From assembly GCA_010093815.1 (NCBI GenBank), contig ML996588.1: DNA of 64,000 nucleotides. One strand, 5' to 3'. Positions 38,675-52,852 of this stretch are shown here, one piece after another (position 1 is the first letter of the stretch; each line of letters opens with the position of its first letter). The notes beneath the pieces are model-generated. The model ran no database searches and was not told the origin of the DNA. It saw only the letters and a list, made by a program, of their open reading frames with translations. The DNA comes from Pseudovirgaria hyperparasitica. Its lineage: Eukaryota. The position numbers and the translations under genes were made by a program.

Positions 38675-39984
38675 ATGTCTAATACTAGTTCTATCTCTAA
38701 GTCTACCTCCTCCTCTCGTAAGACTCGCTCTAAAGGTATTGCCTCCTCCCCGGCCACGCCGGCTAAGAAGCCTATCTATCGCGGTGGCATGAAGGCGCGC
38801 TCTAAGTCGGAGAAGAGAGTAGCTAGGGCTACTACTACTACTTCTACTACTAATATGGCTACTAGTCGCTCTAATCTAGGTAATCCTAGTACTAAACTTA
38901 TAGATAAAGTGGTTGTAGGTTCTCCTCTCGCTCTAAAGCGCACGCCGCCTACTCTACCTTCTCTAGAGAATAAAGAAGATCTTGTTATAGATAATAATTG
39001 CGAGCCCTCGCGCTTACCTATACCGCTACCTCACCGCTCTTCCTTCCGGTCTAATATAGACCGATTTAGTCGCTCTAGGTTCTTTTAGAATCTTAATATT
39101 CGCTCTAATCCCTAGCCTACTAATAATAAGGTCTAGGTCGCTAAGGATACTAAACGTAGTCGCGGTTTACGCTATAGAAAAACGGCGAACTACGGTTCGA
39201 TATACTATAAGTATATTAAGGGCTATATAGCCGGCTCTAAATATCTCTTTCGCTCTAACTCTAGTATTAGCTACTACTCTACTAACCGCGACGGGCCTAT
39301 ATACCCTATCTTTATTCTACCTACCAGCTACCGCCGCTATACCGTGACTAGTAAGACTTATCTATAGATAAGTATAATAGGCTATCTTAATCTAGTATAA
39401 TCTAAAGTAGTCCGCGCTAATATATTCTTAGGTTCCTATATATATATAAGATATATATAACGACCTTCGCGTCCGCGAGACCCTTGGGGGTCCTTATAGC
39501 CGCCTACCTACTATATAGAGGGAGTTTAGGGAGCGCTATAAGCTCTTTCTAGAGGTTATTAAAGTGTAAGTTATAAGTACGTTAATTATTTTTAACACCT
39601 ATTAATTTTTCTAGCCACCGCGAGATCTCTAGCGCCTAGACCGCCTATTCTAGAGAGTCTATCCTAGCTATAGAGGCCGTAGAGAGGATTCGCTCTATCC
39701 CTCTCTATCCGTCTCGCGCTACTAATAGATCTTATAAGAGGTCTACTATTTCTCCCTCTAAGTCGCCTCGTAAGAGGGTATATATTCCCTTCTAGATTAT
39801 TCTAGATCGTGTTAGCTAACTTTAGACCTAGTCGCTACGCTCTAGCGCTTAAGGCTCTTCCCTCTAGGCTCTAACGGATTAGGTTATTACTCTAGAGGCT
39901 AAGGTTATCGTCCTCCGCCGCCATATCGTGCGGTTAGAGAGAACTATACTAGAGGTTAGGATGGATAATAAGATAGAGAAGTAG
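38675..39984 (+). pseudogene. Antisense accessory gene in the 3' region of element B (Cys-cluster plus coiled coil); putative introns 39368-39431 and 39566-39614
   Basis: ATG 38675. The frame is interrupted only by TAA/TAG (RIP of CAA/CAG) and is maintained across two intron-like segments. Confidence 0.6.
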
Positions 39985-40092
39985 CTCTATGGTTCTAGCT
40001 CTATAGGTTTAGCTCTATATGTTAGCTCTATGGTCTGGCTCTATATATTAGCTCTATGCCTGGCTCTATGTGTTGGCTCTATGCCTGGCTCT
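39984..40092. repeat. Tandem 12-14 bp GCTCTAT-core repeats in the B 3' region
   Basis: About 8 units of GCTCTATxxxxx(xx). Confidence 0.85.
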
Positions 40093-43000
40093 TGTCCGTT
40101 TTAGTCCTTTTTAAACCGTTTAGATACCCGTCGGCTAGTTTCTAGTAATTTAATTCTTAACTTAATAATATTATATATGCGCTCGCTTAGCTTATAACTA
40201 TCGGTTTCTATATTCTAATTTTCCTTAAGTTATCTAAGTGTAGGCACCGTATATAAATTAGTTTATCTCTATAAATTCTATTAGAGTACCCGAACTAGTA
40301 GCCTAGTAGTTATTAGTTCGGGTACTCTAACCTTTTATATTTCGTGTTAAGAGTTTAATTCTATGGTAGGGTACCTTTTTTTAGGTTCTTAGTCCTATGT
40401 TTTTCTCGTATATAATAGTCTATGTTAGTCTATTCTAGACTCTTCTATATTATTCTATTATAGTATGTCGCGTCGCGTTTCTAAAATAGTTATTTACGCT
40501 TTCTTCGCGTCTAGTAACCGTACGACGCTTAAATTATAGGGCTACTATATAGAGTTTTCCTAGTGCGCGTCTAGATTTCCTAGTTTAGTACTTCGTTCTC
40601 TACGGTATTCTTCTTCTTTTTATAATAACCGCGACGTCGCTATACTTATATTAATAATATACTATTCTACATCTTTTACTTATATATAGCTATTATAGAA
40701 CTTAAGATGTATACCGCTGGTTTCTAGATGTCCTCGTCCTTAGTATAGTCCTTCTAATAGATTCTATATTTCTAAACACCGTCTTTATTAATTCTATATT
40801 CGATAATATAGTCTACTTCGAACACGTCTAGTCTATCTTAGGGTATAATAGAGTATAACTATACGTTCGTACGGCTATATACGTTAGGTCGAAATCTTTC
40901 AAGTAGTAAGACGTGGAACACGTTATAGATTCTTATATTACTTTCTAAGTCGAGCTCGTAGACTCTTATACCGATATAACGTTTGATTCGGAAGGGACTA
41001 GCCATTTTATAATTAAGCTTCTTATTTACTCGCGATATTTATATATTATAGATATTAAGAAGGACCTCGTCGCCCTCCTCGTACGTCTAATTCTTAGCTA
41101 ATCTATTATAGTACTTTATATACGAGTCGTTTACTTATTAGATTATAGCGCGATAGTTATATATGGTTTCGAAGATTTTAATCGCTAATTCCTAAGCGTG
41201 GACGTTCACGTCTATTATTCGATTAATTTAGACCATCTAAGGCTTAAAACCTATCCTTAGACTACGTCCGAGGTTCGCCTAGAAAGGTATAATATCTATT
41301 ATACTATAACGACTATTATTATATACGAACTCTACTATACTTAGTAGGGAGGCCTAGTTATTCTACTCGAAATTATAGAATACGCGTAGGTAGGCCTCGA
41401 GCGTCTAGTTCTATCGCTCTGTCTAGCTATCCGTCTAAGGATGAAATACTATAGATATATTTCTATTTATACTTGCCATTTCATAGAATAACGTCTAGAA
41501 TTTAGACGTGAAGGTACTTCCTCGGTCCGTAACGATCCTTTTTAGTATACTATAGACCTTAATAATCTTATTCTAGAACACCTACGCTAGTTCTTTAGAT
41601 GTAATCGTCTTCTATACCGGGATGTACCTAGATATCTTTATAAGTCTATCTACGATAATAAGAATAGAATTATAACTTATTCTAAGTATCTCGCTTAGAG
41701 GTAAGTTAACTATAAAGTCTATAGTAATATCTTCCTATATAAAGAGGGGGGCTAAAAGAGGCTATAAATTCCTATATAGCTTATATCTAGGGGCCTTCGT
41801 TCTTTAATAAATTAGATAAGTAGCTATCTATTCTTTAACGTACTTAGGTATATCTTTCTAAAAATAGTACTAACGAATTAAGCTTAGGGTACGTACATAC
41901 CTAAAGTATTCTACTAGGTTAGCGTTATAGTATCGGCTAACTACGTTAAATCGCGCGTTACCCGTTAGTATATAGTACTTTCTATTATAGTAAAGTAAGC
42001 CGTCTATGAAGGTCTACTTATAGTCTACTTTAGTCTATAATAATCTATCTTACTATATTTTACGTAACTTTAAAACTATTAGGTCTATCTTCTATAGATC
42101 CACGATTAACTAGATAAGGTTAATTAGATATTCACGCCGGGCATTATCGCCCTTCCCGATAGCGCTAATAAACGGCCTACTAGGGACTTCGGTACCGCGT
42201 CTTTAGTTACTAGCTTTAGTCTTAGAGATTTAATTACTAGTATTAATGTTAGTATCTCGCTAATCGTCTAATAACTTAAAATCCAACCTCGTCCTTAAGA
42301 GTTAGGCCTATAGCTACTCTAGGACCCTATAGCTACTATGATTCTAGGCGCCTTCTTTATAGTTAGATCTTCTTAATATTCTATTAGCTAGGTTTATACT
42401 TCTAGGTCGATAGTAGATTATAAAGTAAAAGTTTATAAGCTACTTAGTCTATCGGACCTATCGATAGTTTAGAACCGTTATACTTATAAACCTCTTTAAG
42501 TTATAGTAATTAGTTAGTAACTTAACGTCATGTATAGTACCTTTAAGATAATATCGCTACTATTTAAACGACTCTACTATTACTAGTAGCTCTTAGTTAT
42601 AGATAGTGTATCTAGTCTTAATATCGACTATTTTGCGTGAGAAGAACGTAACTAGATACTATTAGACCTTTTTAGACTTAGTTAGTCTAGGCTAGGAGAG
42701 AATACCTAAGATTATAAATTCTAACGCGTCGGTTTCGACGCGGATAGGTTTAGTTAGATCGAAGTACACTAGTAATAGAGTAGTTATAAATGCCTCTTTG
42801 ATTTTCTCGAAGGAGGCCCTTTTGCCTTCCGATAATTCTATAGACTATAATTTAATATTATACTATTTCTATCTACCGCGGACCGTAATAGATAAATCTA
42901 TAGTAGTAGTACGCGCGTTAAGCGGTGCTACTAGCCGGGAGAAATACTTAATAAATTTTTAGTAGTAATTGGCGAATCCGATAAAGACACGTATGTCTTA

Positions 43001-43547
43001 AACTAATTTTAGTTTAGGCTAGTCTATAATAGTAGCGACCCTATCCCTTTCTATGGTTATACCTTAATTAGTAATAACGAAGCTAAGGAAGTTAACGTGG
43101 TCCTAGTGGAACTCATATTTAGATAGCTTAATATATAGCTTATGTTTTTCTAGCCTATCTAGGACTACGTATACGTGCTAGATGTATTCTTCTTCGTTAT
43201 TAGAGAAGATAAGGATATTATTAAGGTATACAATGCACGTCGTGTCGAGTAGACCTACTAGCGCGTTATTAATATATACTTAGAAGGTTCCTAGCGCGTT
43301 AGTTAGTCTAAAAGGGACTACTATATACTCGAAGTATCTATAACGGGTTCTAAACGCCGTTTTCTACTTATCGCCCTTCTTAATATGTAGGCGGTAGTAG
43401 GCGTCGCGTAGATCGAGCTTAGTAAAGATCTTCACGCGCCCTAGTCTATTAATAGACTTAGAGATAAGAGGTAGTAGGTAACGATTCTTTCGCGTAATAT
43501 TATTTAGGCTATAGTAGTTAATATATAGACGGAGACTNNNNNNNNNN

Positions 43548-46500
43548 GTTGGCTCTATGCCTGGCTCTTGTCCGTTTTAGTCCTTTTTAAACCGTTTAGA
43601 TACCCGTCGGCTAGTTTCTAGTAATTTAATTCTTAACTTAATAATATTATATATGCGCTCGCTTAGCTTATAACTATCGGTTTCTATATTCTAATTTTCC
43701 TTAAGTTATCTAAGTGTAGGCACCGTATATAAATTAGTTTATCTCTATAAATTCTATTAGAGTACCCGAACTAGTAGCCTAGTAGTTATTAGTTCGGGTA
43801 CTCTAACCTTTTATATTTCGTGTTAAGAGTTTAATTCTATGGTAGGGTACCTTTTTTTAGGTTCTTAGTCCTATGTTTTTCTCGTATATAATAGTCTATG
43901 TTAGTCTATTCTAGACTCTTCTATATTATTCTATTATAGTATGTCGCGTCGCGTTTCTAAAATAGTTATTTACGCTTTCTTCGCGTCTAGTAACCGTACG
44001 ACGCTTAAATTATAGGGCTACTATATAGAGTTTTCCTAGTGCGCGTCTAGATTTCCTAGTTTAGTACTTCGTTCTCTACGGTATTCTTCTTCTTTTTATA
44101 ATAACCGCGACGTCGCTATACTTATATTAATAATATACTATTCTACATCTTTTACTTATATATAGCTATTATAGAACTTAAGATGTATACCGCTGGTTTC
44201 TAGATGTCCTCGTCCTTAGTATAGTCCTTCTAATAGATTCTATATTTCTAAACACCGTCTTTATTAATTCTATATTCGATAATATAGTCTACTTCGAACA
44301 CGTCTAGTCTATCTTAGGGTATAATAGAGTATAACTATACGTTCGTACGGCTATATACGTTAGGTCGAAATCTTTCAAGTAGTAAGACGTGGAACACGTT
44401 ATAGATTCTTATATTACTTTCTAAGTCGAGCTCGTAGACTCTTATACCGATATAACGTTTGATTCGGAAGGGACTAGCCATTTTATAATTAAGCTTCTTA
44501 TTTACTCGCGATATTTATATATTATAGATATTAAGAAGGACCTCGTCGCCCTCCTCGTACGTCTAATTCTTAGCTAATCTATTATAGTACTTTATATACG
44601 AGTCGTTTACTTATTAGATTATAGCGCGATAGTTATATATGGTTTCGAAGATTTTAATCGCTAATTCCTAAGCGTGGACGTTCACGTCTATTATTCGATT
44701 AATTTAGACCATCTAAGGCTTAAAACCTATCCTTAGACTACGTCCGAGGTTCGCCTAGAAAGGTATAATATCTATTATACTATAACGACTATTATTATAT
44801 ACGAACTCTACTATACTTAGTAGGGAGGCCTAGTTATTCTACTCGAAATTATAGAATACGCGTAGGTAGGCCTCGAGCGTCTAGTTCTATCGCTCTGTCT
44901 AGCTATCCGTCTAAGGATGAAATACTATAGATATATTTCTATTTATACTTGCCATTTCATAGAATAACGTCTAGAATTTAGACGTGAAGGTACTTCCTCG
45001 GTCCGTAACGATCCTTTTTAGTATACTATAGACCTTAATAATCTTATTCTAGAACACCTACGCTAGTTCTTTAGATGTAATCGTCTTCTATACCGGGATG
45101 TACCTAGATATCTTTATAAGTCTATCTACGATAATAAGAATAGAATTATAACTTATTCTAAGTATCTCGCTTAGAGGTAAGTTAACTATAAAGTCTATAG
45201 TAATATCTTCCTATATAAAGAGGGGGGCTAAAAGAGGCTATAAATTCCTATATAGCTTATATCTAGGGGCCTTCGTTCTTTAATAAATTAGATAAGTAGC
45301 TATCTATTCTTTAACGTACTTAGGTATATCTTTCTAAAAATAGTACTAACGAATTAAGCTTAGGGTACGTACATACCTAAAGTATTCTACTAGGTTAGCG
45401 TTATAGTATCGGCTAACTACGTTAAATCGCGCGTTACCCGTTAGTATATAGTACTTTCTATTATAGTAAAGTAAGCCGTCTATGAAGGTCTACTTATAGT
45501 CTACTTTAGTCTATAATAATCTATCTTACTATATTTTACGTAACTTTAAAACTATTAGGTCTATCTTCTATAGATCCACGATTAACTAGATAAGGTTAAT
45601 TAGATATTCACGCCGGGCATTATCGCCCTTCCCGATAGCGCTAATAAACGGCCTACTAGGGACTTCGGTACCGCGTCTTTAGTTACTAGCTTTAGTCTTA
45701 GAGATTTAATTACTAGTATTAATGTTAGTATCTCGCTAATCGTCTAATAACTTAAAATCCAACCTCGTCCTTAAGAGTTAGGCCTATAGCTACTCTAGGA
45801 CCCTATAGCTACTATGATTCTAGGCGCCTTCTTTATAGTTAGATCTTCTTAATATTCTATTAGCTAGGTTTATACTTCTAGGTCGATAGTAGATTATAAA
45901 GTAAAAGTTTATAAGCTACTTAGTCTATCGGACCTATCGATAGTTTAGAACCGTTATACTTATAAACCTCTTTAAGTTATAGTAATTAGTTAGTAACTTA
46001 ACGTCATGTATAGTACCTTTAAGATAATATCGCTACTATTTAAACGACTCTACTATTACTAGTAGCTCTTAGTTATAGATAGTGTATCTAGTCTTAATAT
46101 CGACTATTTTGCGTGAGAAGAACGTAACTAGATACTATTAGACCTTTTTAGACTTAGTTAGTCTAGGCTAGGAGAGAATACCTAAGATTATAAATTCTAA
46201 CGCGTCGGTTTCGACGCGGATAGGTTTAGTTAGATCGAAGTACACTAGTAATAGAGTAGTTATAAATGCCTCTTTGATTTTCTCGAAGGAGGCCCTTTTG
46301 CCTTCCGATAATTCTATAGACTATAATTTAATATTATACTATTTCTATCTACCGCGGACCGTAATAGATAAATCTATAGTAGTAGTACGCGCGTTAAGCG
46401 GTGCTACTAGCCGGGAGAAATACTTAATAAATTTTTAGTAGTAATTGGCGAATCCGATAAAGACACGTATGTCTTAAACTAATTTTAGTTTAGGCTAGTC

Positions 46501-47013
46501 TATAATAGTAGCGACCCTATCCCTTTCTATGGTTATACCTTAATTAGTAATAACGAAGCTAAGGAAGTTAACGTGGTCCTAGTGGAACTCATATTTAGAT
46601 AGCTTAATATATAGCTTATGTTTTTCTAGCCTATCTAGGACTACGTATACGTGCTAGATGTATTCTTCTTCGTTATTAGAGAAGATAAGGATATTATTAA
46701 GGTATACAATGCACGTCGTGTCGAGTAGACCTACTAGCGCGTTATTAATATATACTTAGAAGGTTCCTAGCGCGTTAGTTAGTCTAAAAGGGACTACTAT
46801 ATACTCGAAGTATCTATAACGGGTTCTAAACGCCGTTTTCTACTTATCGCCCTTCTTAATATATAGGCGGTAGTAGGCATCGCGTAGATCGAGCTTAGTA
46901 AAGATCTTCACGCGCCCTAGTCTATTAATAGACTTAGAGATAAGAGGTAGTAGGTAACGATTCTTTCGCGTAATATTATTTAGGCTATAGTAGTTAATAT
47001 ATAGACGGAGACT
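43548..47013. other. Near-identical duplicate of 40072-43537 across a 10-N gap (probable assembly overlap)
   Basis: Offset 3476 bp; identical RIP mutations except a couple of bases near the contig end. Confidence 0.8.
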
Positions 47014-50000
47014 CCTATCCTTCTTCTTTATAAAGAGGATTAGAGCTCCGGCTAGGGATATACTAGGTCTAATCTATCCTTATATAAGGTTCTTTTCGAT
47101 ATATTCTTAGAGGACCTATAGCTCGGGTTCTAATAGAGGGTATATAGGTCCGTGTAGGGGTTATTAACCGTCTTCGAGGTTAATAGTAAGGTCGGTAGGT
47201 TAGTATTAAGGTAATTTAGACGAGTCGATTACTAACGCGATATATTAGTATATTTTATACTAATATAGTAGGTTTTCGTCTACTTTAATACTAAGCTCTC
47301 TATTTTAAGTAAGTAAGAGGACATAGATAGCGGAGATTACCTTTTCATAGTCCTTCTAGAATTATTCGTCGTTAACTAGCTATACTAGGTTCTATTGTAG
47401 TAGGTATATGCGCTAGCCAGCTATTTTCTAGATAAAGTCTAGTTTCGGGTTATATTTTTCGAGCTACGGTATACCGAGGATCATATTAAAGGGACTATCT
47501 ACCACGATAAAGGTTAAGTAGTAGGGTTTCTACTTCCCCCCGCTATCCTAGATACTATATTTAATAGTATAGGTACCCTATGATTTAATAGGACTATCGA
47601 TACTATAGAAGGTAGTATCTATTAGTACTTAAATATCGACATTAAGTTCTCGTACTCGTTAAGTCGATATAACGTTAGTAGCTAAACCGCTATTAAGTAT
47701 TATAGTCTAATATTATCCACGAGGGACCTCGATAGGCCTAGCCTATAGTTTAATGTACTAGTTAGCTAGTTATCCCTCTATTTTAGTTATGTCTATAAGT
47801 CGCGAGGGTTCCTTATAGATAGTTAGTTTTTTATATTATATACCGGGTAGTTAGGCGCGATATATCCTAGCTACTAGTACTTATAGTATATAACTAACTT
47901 AGTATCTATATTAGTATTCGGTGGTTTCCCTAAGCGGCACTCGGGTACTATATAGCCTATTCTACTATAGGTGTAGTAGGTAACTTTAGGTTATTTATAT
48001 GAGTCGTTTCTCGCGTCTTAATATATCGACTAGTAGAAAGATCCGCGGTACGGGCCTCGTCTTCTTAAGTTCATAGAGTAGTAGCACCCACGAGGTATTC
48101 CGCGCGATCTATTACTAAACCGGTCCTCTTTAGATGATTTCGTATTAGATTAGATTAATAGGGATAGTTATACGTCTATATAATATTAGTTATTTATTAT
48201 ACCCTAATATTATTCTATAAGATTCATAAGTACCTAAAGGTTAGTAGAGATAGATATTATAAGGTTAATGCGTTTCTTTACGCTCGGGTTAAGGGATCTT
48301 TTAAAGTCGTCGTATTATCGAACCATGTAATCTTCCTTAGCTTCTCTCTAAAGAGGTTAGAGGTATTTAAGAAGTTATAACGGGGATTATCTCTCTTACT
48401 ATTAAGTCTTAAAGATATGGCTCTAAGCCTATTTATATCGCTCGGCTCTATCGCCAAAGTATTAAAGAAGGAATTCGGTGAACGTGTTCTAGTTATATAC
48501 ATCCTTAGGGTATTTAATTTAATGTACTATCTAACGTTTAGATGGCGTTAGGTCTAGATAGTTCTATACGAACCTAATCTTATTACTATCGTTCGTGAAT
48601 AGGTGGAAGAATCGGCTATACTAGTAAGCCTATTCGTGAAAGCTCCTTCTAGTTTTACCGTCGAAGTAAGATAGTTTCTTAGGCTAAGGTAACTAGAATA
48701 GTAATAGACTTAGTTAGACTATTTCGGCTTAAGTTAGTCTATATTAGTATAGGTTAGTTACTACTAGTACTAAAGCGCGTAGTATGGCTTCGAGTCTAGC
48801 GGTTCGTTCTTACGCTTTATTAAGTTCGCGAAGTTATTACTTAAGCTAAGCCTAACGCTACCTCTCCGTATATAGCTTAGTATATATATTATTATAAGGC
48901 GTGGTTAACGTTAGTCGGTTCTAATAAATTAATTCGTTAATATTAATAGGGTCTAGTCTTATAGTAAGGATGGGTCTAGTATAGTATAAACTAGACCACG
49001 ATAGAGTATAATAGACTCCTTCCTTATTATCTAGGTAATCTTCTATGGTTATACGGAATACCGTACTAGTTATTAGTATAATAGTCTATAGAGTATACTT
49101 ATTAGTAGAGGTAGTTATAGGGAGACTATTCTCTTCGTTTAGATTTAGAGAGAGTCTCTCGTATAAGGTAGTACCACGGGTATTATAGCGCGTAGTAGGA
49201 GCTATCTCTATAAGCTACCGTCGTACTATTGTAGAAGGCCGTTCCTGTAGCCCTATATGTATGTGTCCCTGGCTCGATCACATGGCTCATTGTATATTTA
49301 AGGAGGGCGTTTTCCTCGGTCATTCTACTCTACACGCTTCCCCCATCACTAATATTCGACGATTCGACCTTTCCTTACGTTCATGGGCCTCTATAGGTAT
49401 TGATTATTAGGCTTAGCTATTAAAAAATTAATTAAGAGTATTATATAGACCCGTCCTATCGTAAAAGAGAACTAATAAGAAGTCGTGCGTTTAAAGAGAA
49501 CTCATAATACCTAGGAGAGATACTTATGAGTTCGTCGCGACTACTATACTAAGAATATAGCCATTTATAAAAAGGGACATACGTAGCGATAGCTCATTAT
49601 AAATTTAGAGGTCGTACCCAGACTACAAACTTATAGGGGGAGATTAGGACTCCGAAACTAGCTTAGGGGAAGTATATGGCGTGCCTAATAAGGTAGTCTA
49701 GACTTACTAGATCGAAGCCACGAGTCCGGAAAACAGGGAGTCCGGAGTCGCTAGGGGCTAGCCTCTTAAAAGTAGCTGTAAAAAGCATGTATATGCTAAC
49801 ACGGGTGATAGCGCGACTCGAAAATGTCTTAGGGGAATAGGATATAAAATAGGGCTAGATGAAGTAGTAAAGAAGAGTTCAAAAACGATAAATATAACCT
49901 GTTTAGTACTACCATAGCTGTCATTCATAAACACGGCTACACGAGTATACTACTTTAGGAACGCCTTATACGAAGATAATAATATAAGTAGGATACTATA

Positions 50001-52813
50001 AACCTTATATCGATAAAGACGATAGTAATAGTTCACCTTATAAAGGGATTAATTAACATAGAGAAGGGATGATAGGTGTTGTAGGTAGACGCATTGGGCC
50101 AACCTTTAGTTAAGGTAATCCCTTAACTAATAACCTTACCCCCAGCGTCTCTACTAGTATACCTACTGCTAGTAATGGTGCGATAGGAGCTTAAAATAAT
50201 AACCTAGTAACTCGTAGAGAGATGCTTAACTTCTTTATAGCATTTGCGCGATAAGGAAGGATGGTACCTCTACCTACCCTAGCCCCCGAGCACTTTAAAG
50301 GAATAAATATTACGGCCTTCCTTCGGAAGTACGAGGACATATATATAAACTATAAAGTTCCGCCTAATAAGAAGATAACCTCCCTACCGTTATACTACGA
50401 GGACTATCTCCGTCCTACCATTAAAGGAATAGATGGGTTTTAGAAATAGTAGTAGGCCACGCTACGTGAAGAATTATTAAAGGAATTCTCTCTATTTGAC
50501 TCCGCCCTCGAGGAAGGCACTATCCACTTTGTCCAAAAATACGTGGAAATGGTTAAAGTAGACCCATCCTACTCTCTCCCTATGTACTACTCCCGGTATC
50601 GTGTTATTATGGAGAAACTTACGGCTAAAGGAAGCCTAAGCTCGTATTCGCGAATAGAGCTCTTCCTAGAAGGGCTGTCTAATAGTCTTAAGGCTCGGGC
50701 TATAGAGAAATGTTAACTCACGATGGAAGCATATAGTTATAACTAGGTAATTATCTATGACTTCGTATTACGAAAGGCTAGAGCACTTAAGGAACTAGCT
50801 CGTATTAATAAGCACTTAGCCGCATAAGAGCTAGCCATAGCCATATACTATAAATTAAAGATAGGGAGTAAGAAGACTAGCTTAGAAGAGTAGTTATATG
50901 AAGAAAGAAGAACTAATGAATTTAGCCACCTCTCTCTAGTCGAAGTACACGTCGCGCTAGGATCGGATAAGTTTAACGAGATAGTAGAGAGATTTAGTAA
51001 ACTAGACCTCACGTTAATTAAGATAAAGTCCTACTTTACCTCTAATCCCTTATTCTTATCCCTTAAGAAGTACGAACCTAAGCTACTTTCGGCCATTATT
51101 AACTAGTAGGCGCGAAGGCTAAATCTTTTAACACACCCCTAAGTACGAGGTATACCTATAGAACTAACGTAAGTTTATCTATAGAATTATATATAGAATA
51201 GAGAATACGTCCCTACCCAAGACTTCTAAGAAGGCGTTATAGCCTAGAATAGATCTTAAAGACCGATTATATGTATCACGTGCGGAGGAGATCACCTAAT
51301 ATATAGATATCCGGAGATAGTAGGATATATTAGAGACGGATTACTAAATGTTAACGGGGTATAAGTGTTCCGAGGGCGTTTTAGGGCGAATAGAGAAGAA
51401 ATCCTATTACTACCCTTCTCGGTAGAGCCATAAGCTACCCTATAAGCTATCCGGAACTACGTAGTAACGGTTTAAAACGGCCTAAGCTAGTATGGAGGGG
51501 GAGTGAAGGTTTCCACGTCCGTAGTAAACATTAACGCTTTATAGGGAGTGCTAGTATATAGTATTAGTATAAAACCTACGAAGGGTCCCTACTAGGCCTC
51601 GGTAGATAGCGATTCGGAAGAAGAAGTCACGTCGCCCGAGAGTAAGAAAGATAGATATATAGAATTCCACGAACGCTTCGACGTGGCTAGTAATAGATAT
51701 ATCCGCGAGGAGATGGCCCTAGAAGAGCCCGCTATACTCGTAATATCTAGAAGGGGGATTACGAAGAGTATACCTAATCGTACTAAGGAAAGAAAGATCG
51801 CCCGTCTCCGCGGAATGCGTAAAGGGTAGTATATAAGGATTATTAAGGAATAGGAGGACGGCGAGAAGAGTAGCGACTAGGGAACGTCTAAATAAGAGCT
51901 AACGGCGCCTAAGGATAAGATAGATGAAGGGGATAGCCTAAATCCTAGTTAAAAGGCACGTATCCGAGGCGTTAAGCTTAATAACTATCTACGCGAGGGA
52001 TAGCGGCTAAGCATAGAAGCTAGCGAAGCATAGCTAGTGCGCGTTCTAGGGATAACTATGAATATTACCATTAGCGAACTATTAAGCCTTAATGGTAACT
52101 TATATCGTGCGGTGTTCGAGAAGGGCGCCCCCGACTTTATAGCTAGAGAGGTCTACGAGGCTTAAGAGGAGAGAGCCAAGAAGAAAGGAAGAAATAACCA
52201 TGCTATGGCTCCTAAGATAAATAAACTTAACGTATTAGTACCCCTCTATACTACGGGGACGGCCATCACGTAATAAGATATTAATTAGCTTAAGGAAGGG
52301 ATAGTAAGGCTAGTAGCCGAGTGTCCGAGGTACCCCGTGGAAGTTAGTCCTAAAAGGGCGACTAGTATAGTACTATTCGATAGTAGCGCGTAGGTAAATA
52401 GTATTTAACTAGATGCTGCGAGGCGTCTCGGGCTAGCGATATCTTTACTTCTACTATATATAAAGAACTCGAGTTTAGTTAGCGCTACTTAGTATAGTAC
52501 TCCATTCGTGGGAATAGTATAGTAATGCCCTATCCGTATAGGTCGGATCGTTATAGCTACTTTAATATTTATATATAGCGAACTTAATTATGACCTTATC
52601 CTAGGGGAGCTATATACTAGGTAGGCCTTACTTACGGTGTAGAGGTTAGCCTCTAGGTAAGTACTCTTAATAGTCCACTCCGCATGTGGATAAGAACGTG
52701 TAACCTTCGAAACTAGTCCGGACGAGTATATTCTAGTCTTAGAGAAGGAGGGTAACTCCGTGGCTAGAGACTAACTATATAGCGGAGTATGTCGCTAGAA
52801 GCCGGAGTTAAGC

Positions 52814-52852
52814 CGGATTATTAGTTAAGGGCTACCCTTAACTAATAATCCG
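52814..52852. repeat. Perfect palindrome (18-bp arms, 3-nt loop); related copies at 35778-35810, 50106-50130 and 60093-60125
   Basis: CGGATTATTAGTTAAGGG-CTA-CCCTTAACTAATAATCCG. Confidence 0.95.

Noticed and set aside
39984..40092. Short regularly spaced repeats resembling a CRISPR-like array
   Set aside because: The 7-bp core has 5-7 bp related spacers and lies inside a fungal retrotransposon with no cas genes; a simple minisatellite.
40072..47013. 3.47-kb tandem duplication of pol in element B
   Set aside because: The copies abut a 10-N gap and share essentially all RIP mutations; most likely an unmerged contig overlap rather than biology.
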